This document shows positions 28,202-37,940 of a stretch of 64,000 nt of DNA, one piece after another (positions within the stretch are counted from its first letter, which is position 1; each line of letters starts with the position of its first letter). The stretch is from assembly GCA_002238425.1 (NCBI GenBank), contig MPMJ01000009.1, forward strand, positions 20,209 through 84,208, written 5' to 3'. Both the position numbers and the translations under genes were made by a program. Under the pieces are notes generated by a model, which worked only from the letters and a program-made list of their open reading frames with translations, ran no database searches and was not told the origin of the DNA. Source of the stretch: SAR202 cluster bacterium bin16 (GTDB lineage Bacteria; Chloroflexota; Dehalococcoidia; Lucifugimonadales; Australimonadaceae).

Positions 28202-29323
28202 ATGCCAGGAATCGTCGACGCAGACACCCACATCATCGAACACCCCGGCGTCTGGGAGCACTTCGACGCCGACATGTACGACCGCAGGCCTCTGCTCGCG
28301 TCCATCCCGCTCGACGGCGAGGACGGCCCCCGCGATTTCGTCTGGATGGTCAACGGCACTGCCGTTCCCAAACGCTCCGGCAAGGGCAGCTACGCGGTAG
28401 CCGTCGGCGGTTCCGACTCCGAGAACAACCGCTCCGACATCCGTGCCTCGGTACGCTACATCACCGACCCTCTCGCGCGTGTCGAGGACATGGACAAGCG
28501 CGGCGTCGACTCAGAAGTCGTCTTCCCCACAGTCCTCCTCGCCTACATCACCGACGATGTGGACCTCGAGATCGCCATCTGCCGCAGCTACAACCGCTAC
28601 ATGGCCAACGCCTGGCGCGTGGCGGGCGACCGCATGGCATGGGTCGTCGTACCCCCGCTCCGCGACCTCGAAGCTTCGCTGCAGGAGATCGAGACGGCGC
28701 GCGACAACGGTGCTGTCGGCGTCTTCTTCCGAGGCGTCGAGGGCGACCGCTCGCTCGCGGAGTCGTACTTCTTCCCCATCTACGAGGCGGCGCAGCGGCT
28801 CGGCATGGCCATCAGCATCCACACCGGCGGCGGCTCGCCCGGCATGCTGCAGGTGTTCGACCGAAACGTCTCCCACAACCTGCCGCACGTTCGTTCGCTC
28901 CCGCTGTTCGCGTTCCGCGACCTCGTGGCGCACAAGATACCAGAGCGCTTCCCTGACCTGACGTTCGGCTTCATCGAGGCGTCGGCCTCGTGGGTGCCCT
29001 ACGTCGTTCACCACCTCAGGCGCTCCACCCGGACCTCCGAGCGCGGCATCGGCCGGGCCAACCCCGACTCCGCGCTCGATTTCGGCCCCGCCCTCTTCCG
29101 CGAATACCGGCTCTTCATCGCCGCCGAGACCGACGAAGACATCCCCTACCTCATCAACTACATCGGCGAGGACAACATCATCATGGGGTCGGACTACGGC
29201 CACCAGGACCAGTCGAAGGACAACGGCATGGTCGGCGTCATGCAGCGCCGCGAGGACCTCCCCGCCAGCGTCGTCGAGAAGATCCTCGCCGACAACCCCA
29301 CACGGTACTACGGGCTGGGGTAG
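28202..29323 (+). CDS. amidohydrolase_2 family protein
   Basis: Trimmed to ATG 28202 after AGGAGGGG. VDADTHIIEH and GSDYGHQD motifs. Confidence 0.85.
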   Translation: MPGIVDADTHIIEHPGVWEHFDADMYDRRPLLASIPLDGEDGPRDFVWMVNGTAVPKRSGKGSYAVAVGGSDSENNRSDIRASVRYITDPLARVEDMDKRGVDSEVVFPTVLLAYITDDVDLEIAICRSYNRYMANAWRVAGDRMAWVVVPPLRDLEASLQEIETARDNGAVGVFFRGVEGDRSLAESYFFPIYEAAQRLGMAISIHTGGGSPGMLQVFDRNVSHNLPHVRSLPLFAFRDLVAHKIPERFPDLTFGFIEASASWVPYVVHHLRRSTRTSERGIGRANPDSALDFGPALFREYRLFIAAETDEDIPYLINYIGEDNIIMGSDYGHQDQSKDNGMVGVMQRREDLPASVVEKILADNPTRYYGLG

Positions 29324-29410
29324 GCAGAACAACCCTCATCCCCACAAAGGAGCAGGGGCGCCCGAATGGGCGCCCCTCGTGGTTTCCTATTGCCTGGGCA
29401 GGGTTATGCC

Positions 29411-30424
29411 CTACTCGTCCAGCTTCAGCAGCCTACGCGCGTTCCCCTCGTAGATCTTCTGCTTGTCCTCGATGCTTGCCGTGATGCCGTCCATCACCGC
29501 GAGGGTCGAACGGATGTAGCCGGAGCCCTTTTCCGGGTCGAAGGGCGCGTCCGACGCGAAGAGCACGTGATCGGCGCCGAAGAACGCCAGCCCGCACTCC
29601 GTCGCCGGGACGGAGCCGAACGTAGCCGTGTCGGCGTAGAACATGCGGAAGTAGTCGTATGGGCGCTTGGCCAGCCGCCCGAGCGTGCCTGCCTCGTGGG
29701 GGTCGTCGCTGCGGCGGCCGAGCTGGTCGAGGCCGGGCCCGACGCGCCCCTCGAAGAACGGAACCAGACCGCCAAGGTGGTGCGTGATGATCTTGATGTC
29801 AGGGTGCTTGTCGAACATGCCGGACATCACGATGCGCCCCATCGCGACGCTCGTCTCGTACGGCCAGCCGAATGCCCACCACATGTCGTACCAGGAGCGG
29901 TCCTCCGTCACGTAGTCGGAGAACTCGGCTGAACGCGTCGGGTGCAGCCAGATGGGCAGGTCGAGCTCGGCCATCTTGTCGAACACCGGCGCAAGCTCGG
30001 GGTCGTCGAGCGGGCGGCCGTTCACGTTCGTGAAGATCTGCACGCCCTTCGCGCCGAGCTTGTTGACGGAGCGGTCGATCTCGTCCAGCGAGGCCTGTGT
30101 GTTGTTCATCGGCAGCGCCGCGACGAAACCCGGGAACCGGTCAGGGTGCTGCGAGACGACCTCCGCCATGCCGTCGTTGGCGATCTGCGCGAGCTCCGGG
30201 CTGTCCTCCGGTCCGGCGACCACCTCGACGGGCGGCAGGTTCAGCGAGAACACCTGCTTGTAGTCGTCGCCGAACTGGTCGATCTTCTCGAACCGGGCGT
30301 CGACGTCGTACAGCATCGGGATGGCGGAGACGCGCTTCATCATGTACGCGCCGCCCTCGCTCATGTTGGTCATCGTGTCGAAGTAGGGCTTGGGCAGAAT
30401 GTGATTGAAGATGTCTATCTTCAC
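29411..30424 (-). CDS. amidohydrolase_2 family protein (ACMSD-like decarboxylase subgroup)
   Basis: MKIDIFNHILPKPYF..., WLHP and FASDAPFD are typical of the decarboxylase branch. Confidence 0.85.
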   Translation of the reverse strand: MKIDIFNHILPKPYFDTMTNMSEGGAYMMKRVSAIPMLYDVDARFEKIDQFGDDYKQVFSLNLPPVEVVAGPEDSPELAQIANDGMAEVVSQHPDRFPGFVAALPMNNTQASLDEIDRSVNKLGAKGVQIFTNVNGRPLDDPELAPVFDKMAELDLPIWLHPTRSAEFSDYVTEDRSWYDMWWAFGWPYETSVAMGRIVMSGMFDKHPDIKIITHHLGGLVPFFEGRVGPGLDQLGRRSDDPHEAGTLGRLAKRPYDYFRMFYADTATFGSVPATECGLAFFGADHVLFASDAPFDPEKGSGYIRSTLAVMDGITASIEDKQKIYEGNARRLLKLDE

Positions 30425-30566
30425 GTAGTCCTCCGTTGGGGCGCTCCGCGTAGACGCGCCGTTATCATCTGACTAACCCTATCCTTGCGAGGCACTGCGG
30501 GTCAAAGGGCGCGGGGGCGTCGTTCCTCTCGAACCGGGCACTCGTCACTACGCGGTGGAATCTCGT

Positions 30567-32786
30567 CTACGGCGCGATACGGCCCTCCTGGCGCAGGTGT
30601 ATCCGGGCCAGCCGCAACTCGTCGTACGTGACGTGGGTTCCCAGGAATTCCCAGACCGGCTTGAGAACGGCGCTGCCGCAGGTCTTGAAGGCGCCCTCTA
30701 TCGCGTCGAGCCTGTCGCGTCCCGGCAGGATGTGGGTCAGGTCCAATACCGAACCCTGAGCCGATATGCGTTCCAGATGGCCTACGATCGTGGTCTCCGC
30801 CAGGCCTCGTTGCTGCGCCACCTCGCCGATCGACAGCCCCTGAGACAACAGACCCAAGGTCTCGCCGTGCGTGGAACTATGCCGCCTCTCCCGGCGTTCC
30901 CGCGGTCTGCCTCCGGCTGTCTCCCAGGACTGCCCCACAGGCAGTGCGTCAGTCCTGTCAGGCAGACCATTGATGGCGGCGTACTCCCGTATGACCTCCA
31001 CGAACTGCCGGCCGTACTGCTCCAATTTGATCGCACCTACGCCGGGCGCGCGGGCGACCCCCTCGACGGTCTGCGGAAAGACAGTGGCCATGTAGCGGAG
31101 CGTCGTATCCTCGAAGATCACATAAGGAGGAACGTTCCGAGCGTCGGCAAGCCGCCTCCGCATGTCCCGCAATCGCTCGAACAGGTCCTTATCGTAGTCC
31201 GCGGTTGCAGTTGGGGAGCCGGCCCGCCCTGCACCGCCCGTCTCCACGCTTCGGCTGTTGAGGGGGCGGGAGAGCGTCAGCGGTTGACGGCTCCGGAGGA
31301 ACTCGCGACCCTCAGGCGTCGCAGCCAGCACCGGATAGTCCCCTCCGTTCTGCACCAGCAGCCCCTTCGCCTGCAGTCGTTCGATGATCTCTCTGAGTTC
31401 GAGCCGGTCGAAGTCCCTAGCGATTCCATAGACGCTCAGTTGTTCGTGGCCCATCTCGATGATGCGCTTGTCCCTGCTCCCGCGCAGCACGCGGACGACG
31501 TGGGTCACCCCGAACCTCTCGCCGGTGCGGATCACGGCCGACAGGATCTTCTGGGCGATCTCCGTGGCATCGAAGTCCTCTCTCGGTTGCAGGCAGACAT
31601 CGCATCCGCCGCAGTCCTCTTCCGTCCATCGTTCACCAAGGTACTCCAATATAAACCGGCGGCGGCAGGTGGACAGTTGGGTGTACTCCACCATTCGCGC
31701 CAGTTTTTGCTGGGCGTTCCGCTTCTCCGAAGCGTCTTCGATCTCGTTTATGAAGTAGTCCTGCCTGACCTTGTCGCCGTAGGAGTAGAAGAGGACGCAC
31801 TCGCTGGGTAGTCCGTCCCTGCCGGCCCGGCCGGTTTCCTGATAATAGTTCTCCAAAGACTTGGGCAGGCTGTAGTGGGCCACCAGCCGGATGTCAGGCT
31901 TGTCGATGCCCATGCCGAAAGCAATGGTGGCAACGATGATGGGCGTCCTGTCCCGGATGAAATCTTCCTGGGTACTGCGGCGTGTCTCCCGGTCCAGTCC
32001 TGCATGATAGGGACGCGCCTCGAAGCCCTGGTCTCTCAGGTCGGCGGCCAGCTCCTCCGTTTCCCGTCGAGAGAGGCAGTAGATGATGGTGGACTGATCG
32101 CGATGATGCTCCAACAGGGACAGGAGCCGCCCCCAGGAGTCTCCTTTGGGCAACACGGAATAGCGCAGGTTCTCCCGGTTGAAACCGGACAGGAATACAC
32201 TGCCCTGCTGCAAGCCGAGTTGAGCAACGATGTCCTCTCTGACCCGTTCCGTCGCGGTCGCGGTCAAGGCGATGACCGGGACCGCGGGGAAGTCCTCGCG
32301 CAATCGCCGGAGGTTGCGGTAGTCGGGACGGAACTCGTGCCCCCACTCGGATATGCAGTGGGCCTCGTCGATGGCTATCAGGCTGAGGTTGAGTTCGTGG
32401 AGGAATCGCCGGAATCCGGGGAGCGCCAGCCGCTCGGGCGCAACGTAGAGCAGTTTGACCTCTCCTTGTCTCACCCGCGTCCCAACCTGCTGCACCTCCG
32501 AGGCGGACAGTGAGCTGTTGATGAAATCAGCGCCCACGCCCGTGGCGTTCAGAGCGTCTACCTGGTCCTTCATCAGAGCGATCAGTGGGGAGACCACAAG
32601 GGTTGTCCCCTCGAAGAGCAAGGCTGGCAGTTGGTAGCAGATGGACTTGCCGCCGCCGGTGGGCATGAGCGCCAGCGTGTCCCGGCCGGCGAGCACGTTA
32701 TCGATGATCTCTGCCTGGAAGGGACGGAAACTCTCATACCCGAAGCGGGACCTGAGCAGGGACAAAGGAGTATCACCGCTGTGCAT
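30567..32786 (-). CDS. recQ: ATP-dependent DNA helicase RecQ with HRDC and an extra C-terminal HTH domain
   Basis: Track ORF (886 aa) trimmed to ATG 32786 after GAGGTG. FGYESFRPFQAEII, MPTGGGKSICYQ, DEAHCISEWGHEFRP, then an HRDC-like region and LSIGEVAQQRGLAETTIVGHL. Confidence 0.9.
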   Translation of the reverse strand: MHSGDTPLSLLRSRFGYESFRPFQAEIIDNVLAGRDTLALMPTGGGKSICYQLPALLFEGTTLVVSPLIALMKDQVDALNATGVGADFINSSLSASEVQQVGTRVRQGEVKLLYVAPERLALPGFRRFLHELNLSLIAIDEAHCISEWGHEFRPDYRNLRRLREDFPAVPVIALTATATERVREDIVAQLGLQQGSVFLSGFNRENLRYSVLPKGDSWGRLLSLLEHHRDQSTIIYCLSRRETEELAADLRDQGFEARPYHAGLDRETRRSTQEDFIRDRTPIIVATIAFGMGIDKPDIRLVAHYSLPKSLENYYQETGRAGRDGLPSECVLFYSYGDKVRQDYFINEIEDASEKRNAQQKLARMVEYTQLSTCRRRFILEYLGERWTEEDCGGCDVCLQPREDFDATEIAQKILSAVIRTGERFGVTHVVRVLRGSRDKRIIEMGHEQLSVYGIARDFDRLELREIIERLQAKGLLVQNGGDYPVLAATPEGREFLRSRQPLTLSRPLNSRSVETGGAGRAGSPTATADYDKDLFERLRDMRRRLADARNVPPYVIFEDTTLRYMATVFPQTVEGVARAPGVGAIKLEQYGRQFVEVIREYAAINGLPDRTDALPVGQSWETAGGRPRERRERRHSSTHGETLGLLSQGLSIGEVAQQRGLAETTIVGHLERISAQGSVLDLTHILPGRDRLDAIEGAFKTCGSAVLKPVWEFLGTHVTYDELRLARIHLRQEGRIAP

Positions 32787-32990
32787 AGGGACAGTCACCT
32801 CTTTTGAATGAACTGAGCCGAACGGTTCGCCGGAACGAGCGAAGACGGCCGTCTCAGTGTGATAGAGCACACGGAATTGCACTGTCAACGCCACGATGTC
32901 ACAGGATGACTGCCTCCCCGTGTTCCTTGCCCATTGCCCGGCGTGCGTCTGCCTCGCTACCATGGCCGCACCCCAGCCCCCGGAGAACCC

Positions 32991-33764
32991 GTGCAAGTAC
33001 GCATCGTCGGAGCCCACAGCCTGGACTCGAAGCACGCCCACCACAACTGCTTCCTCATCGACGAACGCATGGCCGTCGACGCCGGAAGCATCATGAGCGC
33101 GCTCGCCGCTGACGAGCAGGAGCGCATCGAGGCGGTGCTGCTCACCCACCACCACTTCGACCACTGCCGCGACCTCCCGACCCTCGCGCTCAACAACCGC
33201 GACGCGGGCAGGACCGTCCAGGTGCACGGTGAGCCGCCCGCGCTCCGGACGACCAACACCCTCCTGCTGGATGGGCGCATCTACACCGACGCCACGAGGG
33301 TGCCCGAACCTGGCGTCTCCCCGCCCCTCTCGCTACGCCCCTTCGCTGTTGATGAGACGCATGAAGTGCTCGGCTACAGGGTCTCCTCCGTGCGCGTCGA
33401 CCATCCCGTGCCGACGATGGGCTACATCGTCAGTGCAGGCGGGCTGAGCGTTGGCTTCTCCGGCGACACCGGCGGCGCGCTGATGGGCTTCTTCGCGCAC
33501 CCCACGCCACCGGACGTGCTGCTGATCGACGTCAAGCTGCCGGAACGCATGCGCGACGAGGCAGAGCGCCAGCGCCACATGACGCCCGGCATGCTGCGGC
33601 AGGAGCTGCTCGCCGCGAAGGAGGCTGGCGTCGCGCTCCCGAAACTCCTCGCCGTGCATCGCTCGCTCCGCGAGGAGCCGGAACTCCTGCGCGAACTCGC
33701 CGCACTCCAGACCGAACTGAACGTCGACCTGGAGCCCGGCTACGAGGACATGGTCATCGGCTGA
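32991..33764 (+). CDS. MBL-fold metallo-hydrolase (class II cyclic-nucleotide phosphodiesterase-like)
   Basis: LLTHHHFDHCRDLP is the metal motif. Start is uncertain: GTG 32991 with GGAGA upstream is preferred over TTG 32934. Confidence 0.7.
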   Translation: MQVRIVGAHSLDSKHAHHNCFLIDERMAVDAGSIMSALAADEQERIEAVLLTHHHFDHCRDLPTLALNNRDAGRTVQVHGEPPALRTTNTLLLDGRIYTDATRVPEPGVSPPLSLRPFAVDETHEVLGYRVSSVRVDHPVPTMGYIVSAGGLSVGFSGDTGGALMGFFAHPTPPDVLLIDVKLPERMRDEAERQRHMTPGMLRQELLAAKEAGVALPKLLAVHRSLREEPELLRELAALQTELNVDLEPGYEDMVIG

Positions 33765-33799
33765 GTCGGTGCTTGACCTGGCACCACTATTAGCCACAT

Positions 33800-33811
33800 A
33801 CTTAGCTAAGT
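33800..33811 (+). promoter_or_regulatory. perfect 12-bp palindrome ACTTAGCTAAGT upstream of the phd/vapC pair (candidate operator)
   Basis: Lies 20 nt upstream of ATG 33831, in a locally AT-rich stretch. Confidence 0.4.
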
Positions 33812-33830
33812 AATGCTCCGGTGAATCCCC

Positions 33831-34061
33831 ATGACAACCGTAAACGTCCACGAAGCGAAGTCCCAACTCTCCCGCCTGCTCGCGCAGGTTGAGGCCGGCG
33901 AGGAAGTCATCATCGCCCGCAACGGCAAGCCCGTGGCGCGGCTGGTTAGTTGTCAGCCCAAGCCCAAGCGCCAGCCGGATACGATGAAGGGGCTCATCAG
34001 TATCGACGAGCGCTTCTTCGAACCGCTGCCAGAGGAGGAGCTGGAGCTCTGGGGCGTTTGA
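33831..34061 (+). CDS. Phd/YefM-family type II antitoxin
   Basis: MTTVNVHEAKSQLSRLLAQVEAGEEVIIARNGKPVARLV is the canonical Phd/YefM N-terminus. Confidence 0.8.
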   Translation: MTTVNVHEAKSQLSRLLAQVEAGEEVIIARNGKPVARLVSCQPKPKRQPDTMKGLISIDERFFEPLPEEELELWGV

Positions 34062-34064
34062 TCA

Positions 34065-34451
34065 TTGCGAGTCCTGCTCGACACGCACGCGTTCATCTGG
34101 TGGTTCAGCGACAGCGCCAGACTGTCGCGACCCGCACACCGTCTCATCGCCGATGATGCGAACGAGGTTCTGGTCAGCGCCGCCACGGCTTGGGAGGTCG
34201 CTACGAAGCACCGCTTGGGGAAATTGCCGGATGCGGAGGCACTGGCCCTCGACATCCCTGGGGCTATCGTGCGGCAGAAGTTCGAGGAACTGCCAGTCAC
34301 CGTGACCGACGGCGTGCGAGCCGGGGAACTTCCCGGCCCGTTACGGGACCCATTCGATCGCATGCTCATCGCGCAGGCACTGGCACGCGACCTCGTCGTC
34401 GTGTCCAACGAGAGGCTCTTCGACCGCTACGGCGTGCGCCGTCTCTGGTAG
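34065..34451 (+). CDS. vapC: PIN-domain toxin (VapC family)
   Basis: (TTG start) RVLLDTHAFIWW...DPFDRMLIAQA is the PIN signature. Starts 3 nt after the antitoxin stop. Confidence 0.8.
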   Translation: MRVLLDTHAFIWWFSDSARLSRPAHRLIADDANEVLVSAATAWEVATKHRLGKLPDAEALALDIPGAIVRQKFEELPVTVTDGVRAGELPGPLRDPFDRMLIAQALARDLVVVSNERLFDRYGVRRLW

Positions 34452-34461
34452 CGCGGCAGCC

Positions 34462-35169
34462 TCAGCCTGCGAGGTGCTTCCCGAACCACACGAGGGCGTC
34501 TGCCCACGCGGCCTCAGCGGCTTCCTGGTTGTAGCGCTCCGCGTTCGTGTGGTTGTGGAACGCGTGCGGCGCGTTGGCGTACACCTTCATGTCGCACGTC
34601 GTCCCAGCGTCGTTCAGCGCTCTCGTGATGTCGTCGATGCCCGCGTTGATGCGCTCGTCCAGCTCGCCGTAGACGGCGTAGACCGCGCCCTTGATGTTCG
34701 GCACCTGCTCCAGCGGCGGGTTCGCACCGTAGAACGGCACTGCGGCCGCGATGTCCTCGCTCTCCGTCGCCACGCGCCACGTGATGCCTCCGCCGAAGCA
34801 GAAGCCGATGATGCCAATGCTCGTGACGTCCGACTGCGCCTTGAGGTATGCGATCACCGCTTGCACGTCGCCGATGTGCCGCTCGCGCGGGATCTCGCCC
34901 AGCTTCGCCGGGATGTCCTCGATGCTCGCCGTGCCGCCGTCGCGCGACAGCAGGTCGGGCGCGACCGCGATGTAGCCGTTGCTGGCGAGGCCGTCCGCCA
35001 CGTCGCGCAGGTAGGGCACGAGACCCCGGTTCTCGTGGATGACGATGACCGCAGCAGCGCTGCCGCCGCCTGCCGGTTTCGACTCGTATGCCGCGAGCTG
35101 CGCGTCGCCCGTGTCTATCGAGATGTCGCTTCCGTTGGGCTCAGGCCCGCCGATGAGAGGGTTCGCCAT
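34462..35169 (-). CDS. dienelactone hydrolase family protein
   Basis: VIVIHENRGL, the nucleophile elbow IGFCFGGG and C-terminal YANAPHAFHN. Confidence 0.85.
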   Translation of the reverse strand: MANPLIGGPEPNGSDISIDTGDAQLAAYESKPAGGGSAAAVIVIHENRGLVPYLRDVADGLASNGYIAVAPDLLSRDGGTASIEDIPAKLGEIPRERHIGDVQAVIAYLKAQSDVTSIGIIGFCFGGGITWRVATESEDIAAAVPFYGANPPLEQVPNIKGAVYAVYGELDERINAGIDDITRALNDAGTTCDMKVYANAPHAFHNHTNAERYNQEAAEAAWADALVWFGKHLAG

Positions 35170-35209
35170 TTCTCCTATCCTCCTTTGGTTTGGTCAGGCC
35201 GGTTCTGAT

Positions 35210-36007
35210 TCACTCCAGCCTGACGTTCTTGCTATAGTCGTACTCAGTCGAGATGTCGCTCGCGAAGTCCCACGTCACGCGGCTGGTGTCCCAGCCGGCG
35301 CCGAACGCTTCTTCGAAGAACGCGAGCATGTCCCGCCACGCGGCGGCGGTCTGTTCCGGACGGTACCTCCCGGGCATCGTATCGTTGAACCAGCCGTGTG
35401 GTGCGCCCGGGTAGACGCGGATGCGATAGCTCTTGTTCGCACGCTCGAATGCGTCACGCCACGCCCGCAAGCTCTCGATAGAGATGATGTGGTCCGCCTC
35501 GCCGAACTGCCCGAGCACCGGGCAGTCCACCGCTGCGATGAGTTCGCTCATGGGTACCGGTTGCTCCGGCGTGGGTTTCCAGTTCGCGTTGTCCACGCCG
35601 CCGTAAAGCGCCACGACTGCCGCTACATCGTCCCGGTGCGCCGCGTACAGTATCGGCTGACGCCCGGTCTGGCAGACGCCGATGATCCCGATGCTGTCGC
35701 TCCGCACGTAGTCCTGGCTTCGCAGGAAGCGGATGACTTCATCGAAATCGTCGATAACCTCGTCGTCCCGTATCTCGACGCGCGCCTCGCCGCGCGCAAC
35801 CGCGTCGAGGTCGCCGTCGAAGCGGTGGAACAGGTCGGGCGAGACGCCTACGTAGCCCACCTCAGCGAGCCGCTCGGCCATATCCTTCGGATGCTGAACG
35901 ATGCCGTACCGCTCGTGCAGCCACATTACTGCGGGGCGCGGTTCGTCCGTGTCGGGCCGCGCCAACCAGACGCTCATGCCGCTCTCCAGGCGATGCTCTT
36001 CCAACAT
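35210..36007 (-). CDS. dienelactone hydrolase family protein
   Basis: Trimmed to ATG 36007 after GGAGGAGG. LHERYG and IGVCQTGR (G-x-C-x-G). Paralog of 40891..41676. Confidence 0.8.
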   Translation of the reverse strand: MLEEHRLESGMSVWLARPDTDEPRPAVMWLHERYGIVQHPKDMAERLAEVGYVGVSPDLFHRFDGDLDAVARGEARVEIRDDEVIDDFDEVIRFLRSQDYVRSDSIGIIGVCQTGRQPILYAAHRDDVAAVVALYGGVDNANWKPTPEQPVPMSELIAAVDCPVLGQFGEADHIISIESLRAWRDAFERANKSYRIRVYPGAPHGWFNDTMPGRYRPEQTAAAWRDMLAFFEEAFGAGWDTSRVTWDFASDISTEYDYSKNVRLE

Positions 36008-36030
36008 GGCGTTTCCTCCTCCGAGCCGGA

Positions 36031-36918
36031 CTACGACCCCGCAACGAAATCCGCAAGACGGTCTATCTGATCGATGTCCGCAAGTCCGGGCTCCAGTATC
36101 AGCTCGTCGCAGCCGATCTCCTCGTAGGCACGGAAGGCCTCCCGCAGCGTCTTGGGCGTGGACGGCACCTTCACTTCCATCGTCCGCGCAGCCTCCCCGC
36201 GGAACGAGTAGTAGGAGCGTATCGACTCCGCCGTGCGGTCTGCGGCGTACTGCCCCCAGGCGCACGTGAGCCCGGCGACCAGCCTCGGCCTGCCCGGCTT
36301 GCCCGCCTCCTTCCACGCTGACTCGACAACGCGGAAGTAACCCATCACTTCCTGCGCCTGGTTGGACGCTGCGCTTCCCGCGCTTCCCGCGATGTAGCCG
36401 TCGCCCAGCTTGCCGGAGCGCCGCAGCGCAACCTCCGTGCGTCCGCCGATGAGCAGTTCAGGACCCTTCCCGTACGCCGCCCTGGGCCCGATGGGACCGA
36501 CGTCGTCCTGCAGCGGTTCGCCCGCCCAGATGCGGCGCATCGCGGCTATCTGCTCCTCGAACCGCTTGCCGCGAGCCCTCATCGACGCCTCGGCGGCAAC
36601 GAAATCGTCCGGCCGCGAACCGACGCCGAGCCCTAGCACGAAACGTCCGCCTGAGATCGAGTCGATACTGGCGACCTGCTTCGCCATGATCGCCGCATTA
36701 CGCAGCGGCGCGATGAGCACTGTCGGCATCAAGCGCACACGCCGCGTCACCGCCGCCGCTGCGGCCATCGCGATGAGCACGTCGTGGTTGCCGTATACCA
36801 GCCGGTCTATCTGTGCGAGCGATGAGAACGGCCCGTCGTCCGCTCGTACCGCCCATTCGACGAGGATGTCCCCCTTGTTCGCGGGGATCACCTTGGGAAA
36901 TGCGATTCCTATCTCCAT
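36031..36918 (-). CDS. LLM-class (luciferase-like) flavin/F420-dependent oxidoreductase
   Basis: SIDSISGGRFVLGLGVGSRPDDF and the RGKRFEEQIAAMRRIW pattern. Confidence 0.85.
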   Translation of the reverse strand: MEIGIAFPKVIPANKGDILVEWAVRADDGPFSSLAQIDRLVYGNHDVLIAMAAAAAVTRRVRLMPTVLIAPLRNAAIMAKQVASIDSISGGRFVLGLGVGSRPDDFVAAEASMRARGKRFEEQIAAMRRIWAGEPLQDDVGPIGPRAAYGKGPELLIGGRTEVALRRSGKLGDGYIAGSAGSAASNQAQEVMGYFRVVESAWKEAGKPGRPRLVAGLTCAWGQYAADRTAESIRSYYSFRGEAARTMEVKVPSTPKTLREAFRAYEEIGCDELILEPGLADIDQIDRLADFVAGS

Positions 36919-36943
36919 GCACGCTCCGCGCCTGAGCGCCTGA

Positions 36944-37885
36944 TCATTCCGGTCTGACTACGAACACGGGCCCGGCGCTGTGCCGCACGACGCGATCCGT
37001 AACACTGCCCAGCAGCAGGCGCGCCATGCCCGCACGGCCATGCGTCGCCATCGCCACAAGCTTGTCGCCCGACTCGCCGACCTCGTCCAGTATCACGCTG
37101 GCCGGGTAGCCGGTCACGACGCTCCCGCTCACGTCCGCGACGCCCGCCGACTGCATCTCAGCGACCTTCGCCGCGACGTACTCGTGCGCCTCCGATTCCA
37201 TCTCTCCAGCCAGGTCCTGGCTCGCGTGTATCGGGGCGTACTCCGTGAACGCTTCGCCGTATGGGTTCAGCGAAACGGCGCGCAGCACGGTCACTCCCAC
37301 TCCCAGCGCGTTCGCCATCTCCACCGTATGTGGCAGCGCCTGCTCGGACAGATCAGAGCCGTCCACCGTCACTACCACCCGGTTGACCGGGTGAGCGCCA
37401 CCTTCCTGAGCGCGGGTGATGAGCATCGGGTGCCTGCCACTCCGCACCATCTTGTCCGTGACGCTGCCCAGCAACCATCGGCCGACGCCCGTGCGCCCGT
37501 GCGTGGTCATCGCGATGAGCGTGCCAGCGTCCTTGTCCGCTTCCTCGAGGATGCAGTCCGCAGGGTCGCCGTCCTTCACCACTGTCTCGACGGTCACACC
37601 GTCCGACCTGATGGTCTCAGCCATCTTGTCGAGATACGCCTGGGCATCGCTGTTGATCCTCGAAAGCACGTCTTCCCAGTCGGCGGCCGATGGCAGCGCG
37701 CCGGCCTGGTTATCCGTCTCCCGATAGACGCTCATCCCTTCTCTGACCAGTTCGCCGGGGAAGGGGTTTACCACGCGCAGCAGTAACACGGTCGCTCCTG
37801 TCGACTTGGCGACCATTTCGGCGTACGGCAGCACTTGCGACGCCAGCGCCGACCCATCCAACGGAACAACGACACACGAATACAT
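36944..37885 (-). CDS. universal stress protein, tandem UspA domains
   Basis: Two repeats end in TTHGRTGVGRWLLGSVTDKMVR and ATHGRAGMARLLLGSVTDRVVRHS. Confidence 0.85.
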   Translation of the reverse strand: MYSCVVVPLDGSALASQVLPYAEMVAKSTGATVLLLRVVNPFPGELVREGMSVYRETDNQAGALPSAADWEDVLSRINSDAQAYLDKMAETIRSDGVTVETVVKDGDPADCILEEADKDAGTLIAMTTHGRTGVGRWLLGSVTDKMVRSGRHPMLITRAQEGGAHPVNRVVVTVDGSDLSEQALPHTVEMANALGVGVTVLRAVSLNPYGEAFTEYAPIHASQDLAGEMESEAHEYVAAKVAEMQSAGVADVSGSVVTGYPASVILDEVGESGDKLVAMATHGRAGMARLLLGSVTDRVVRHSAGPVFVVRPE

Positions 37886-37940
37886 GCAGACCCTCCTGCC
37901 TTTCAGCTTGCGATTCCTGTTGACGGACGTGCGGTCCGGC

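Noticed and set aside
32787-33227. 147-aa N-terminal extension of the RecQ ORF (886-aa version)
   Set aside because: RecQ motif 0 starts right after ATG 32786, which has a GAGGTG RBS. The extension would overlap the divergent MBL gene and has shadow-ORF composition.
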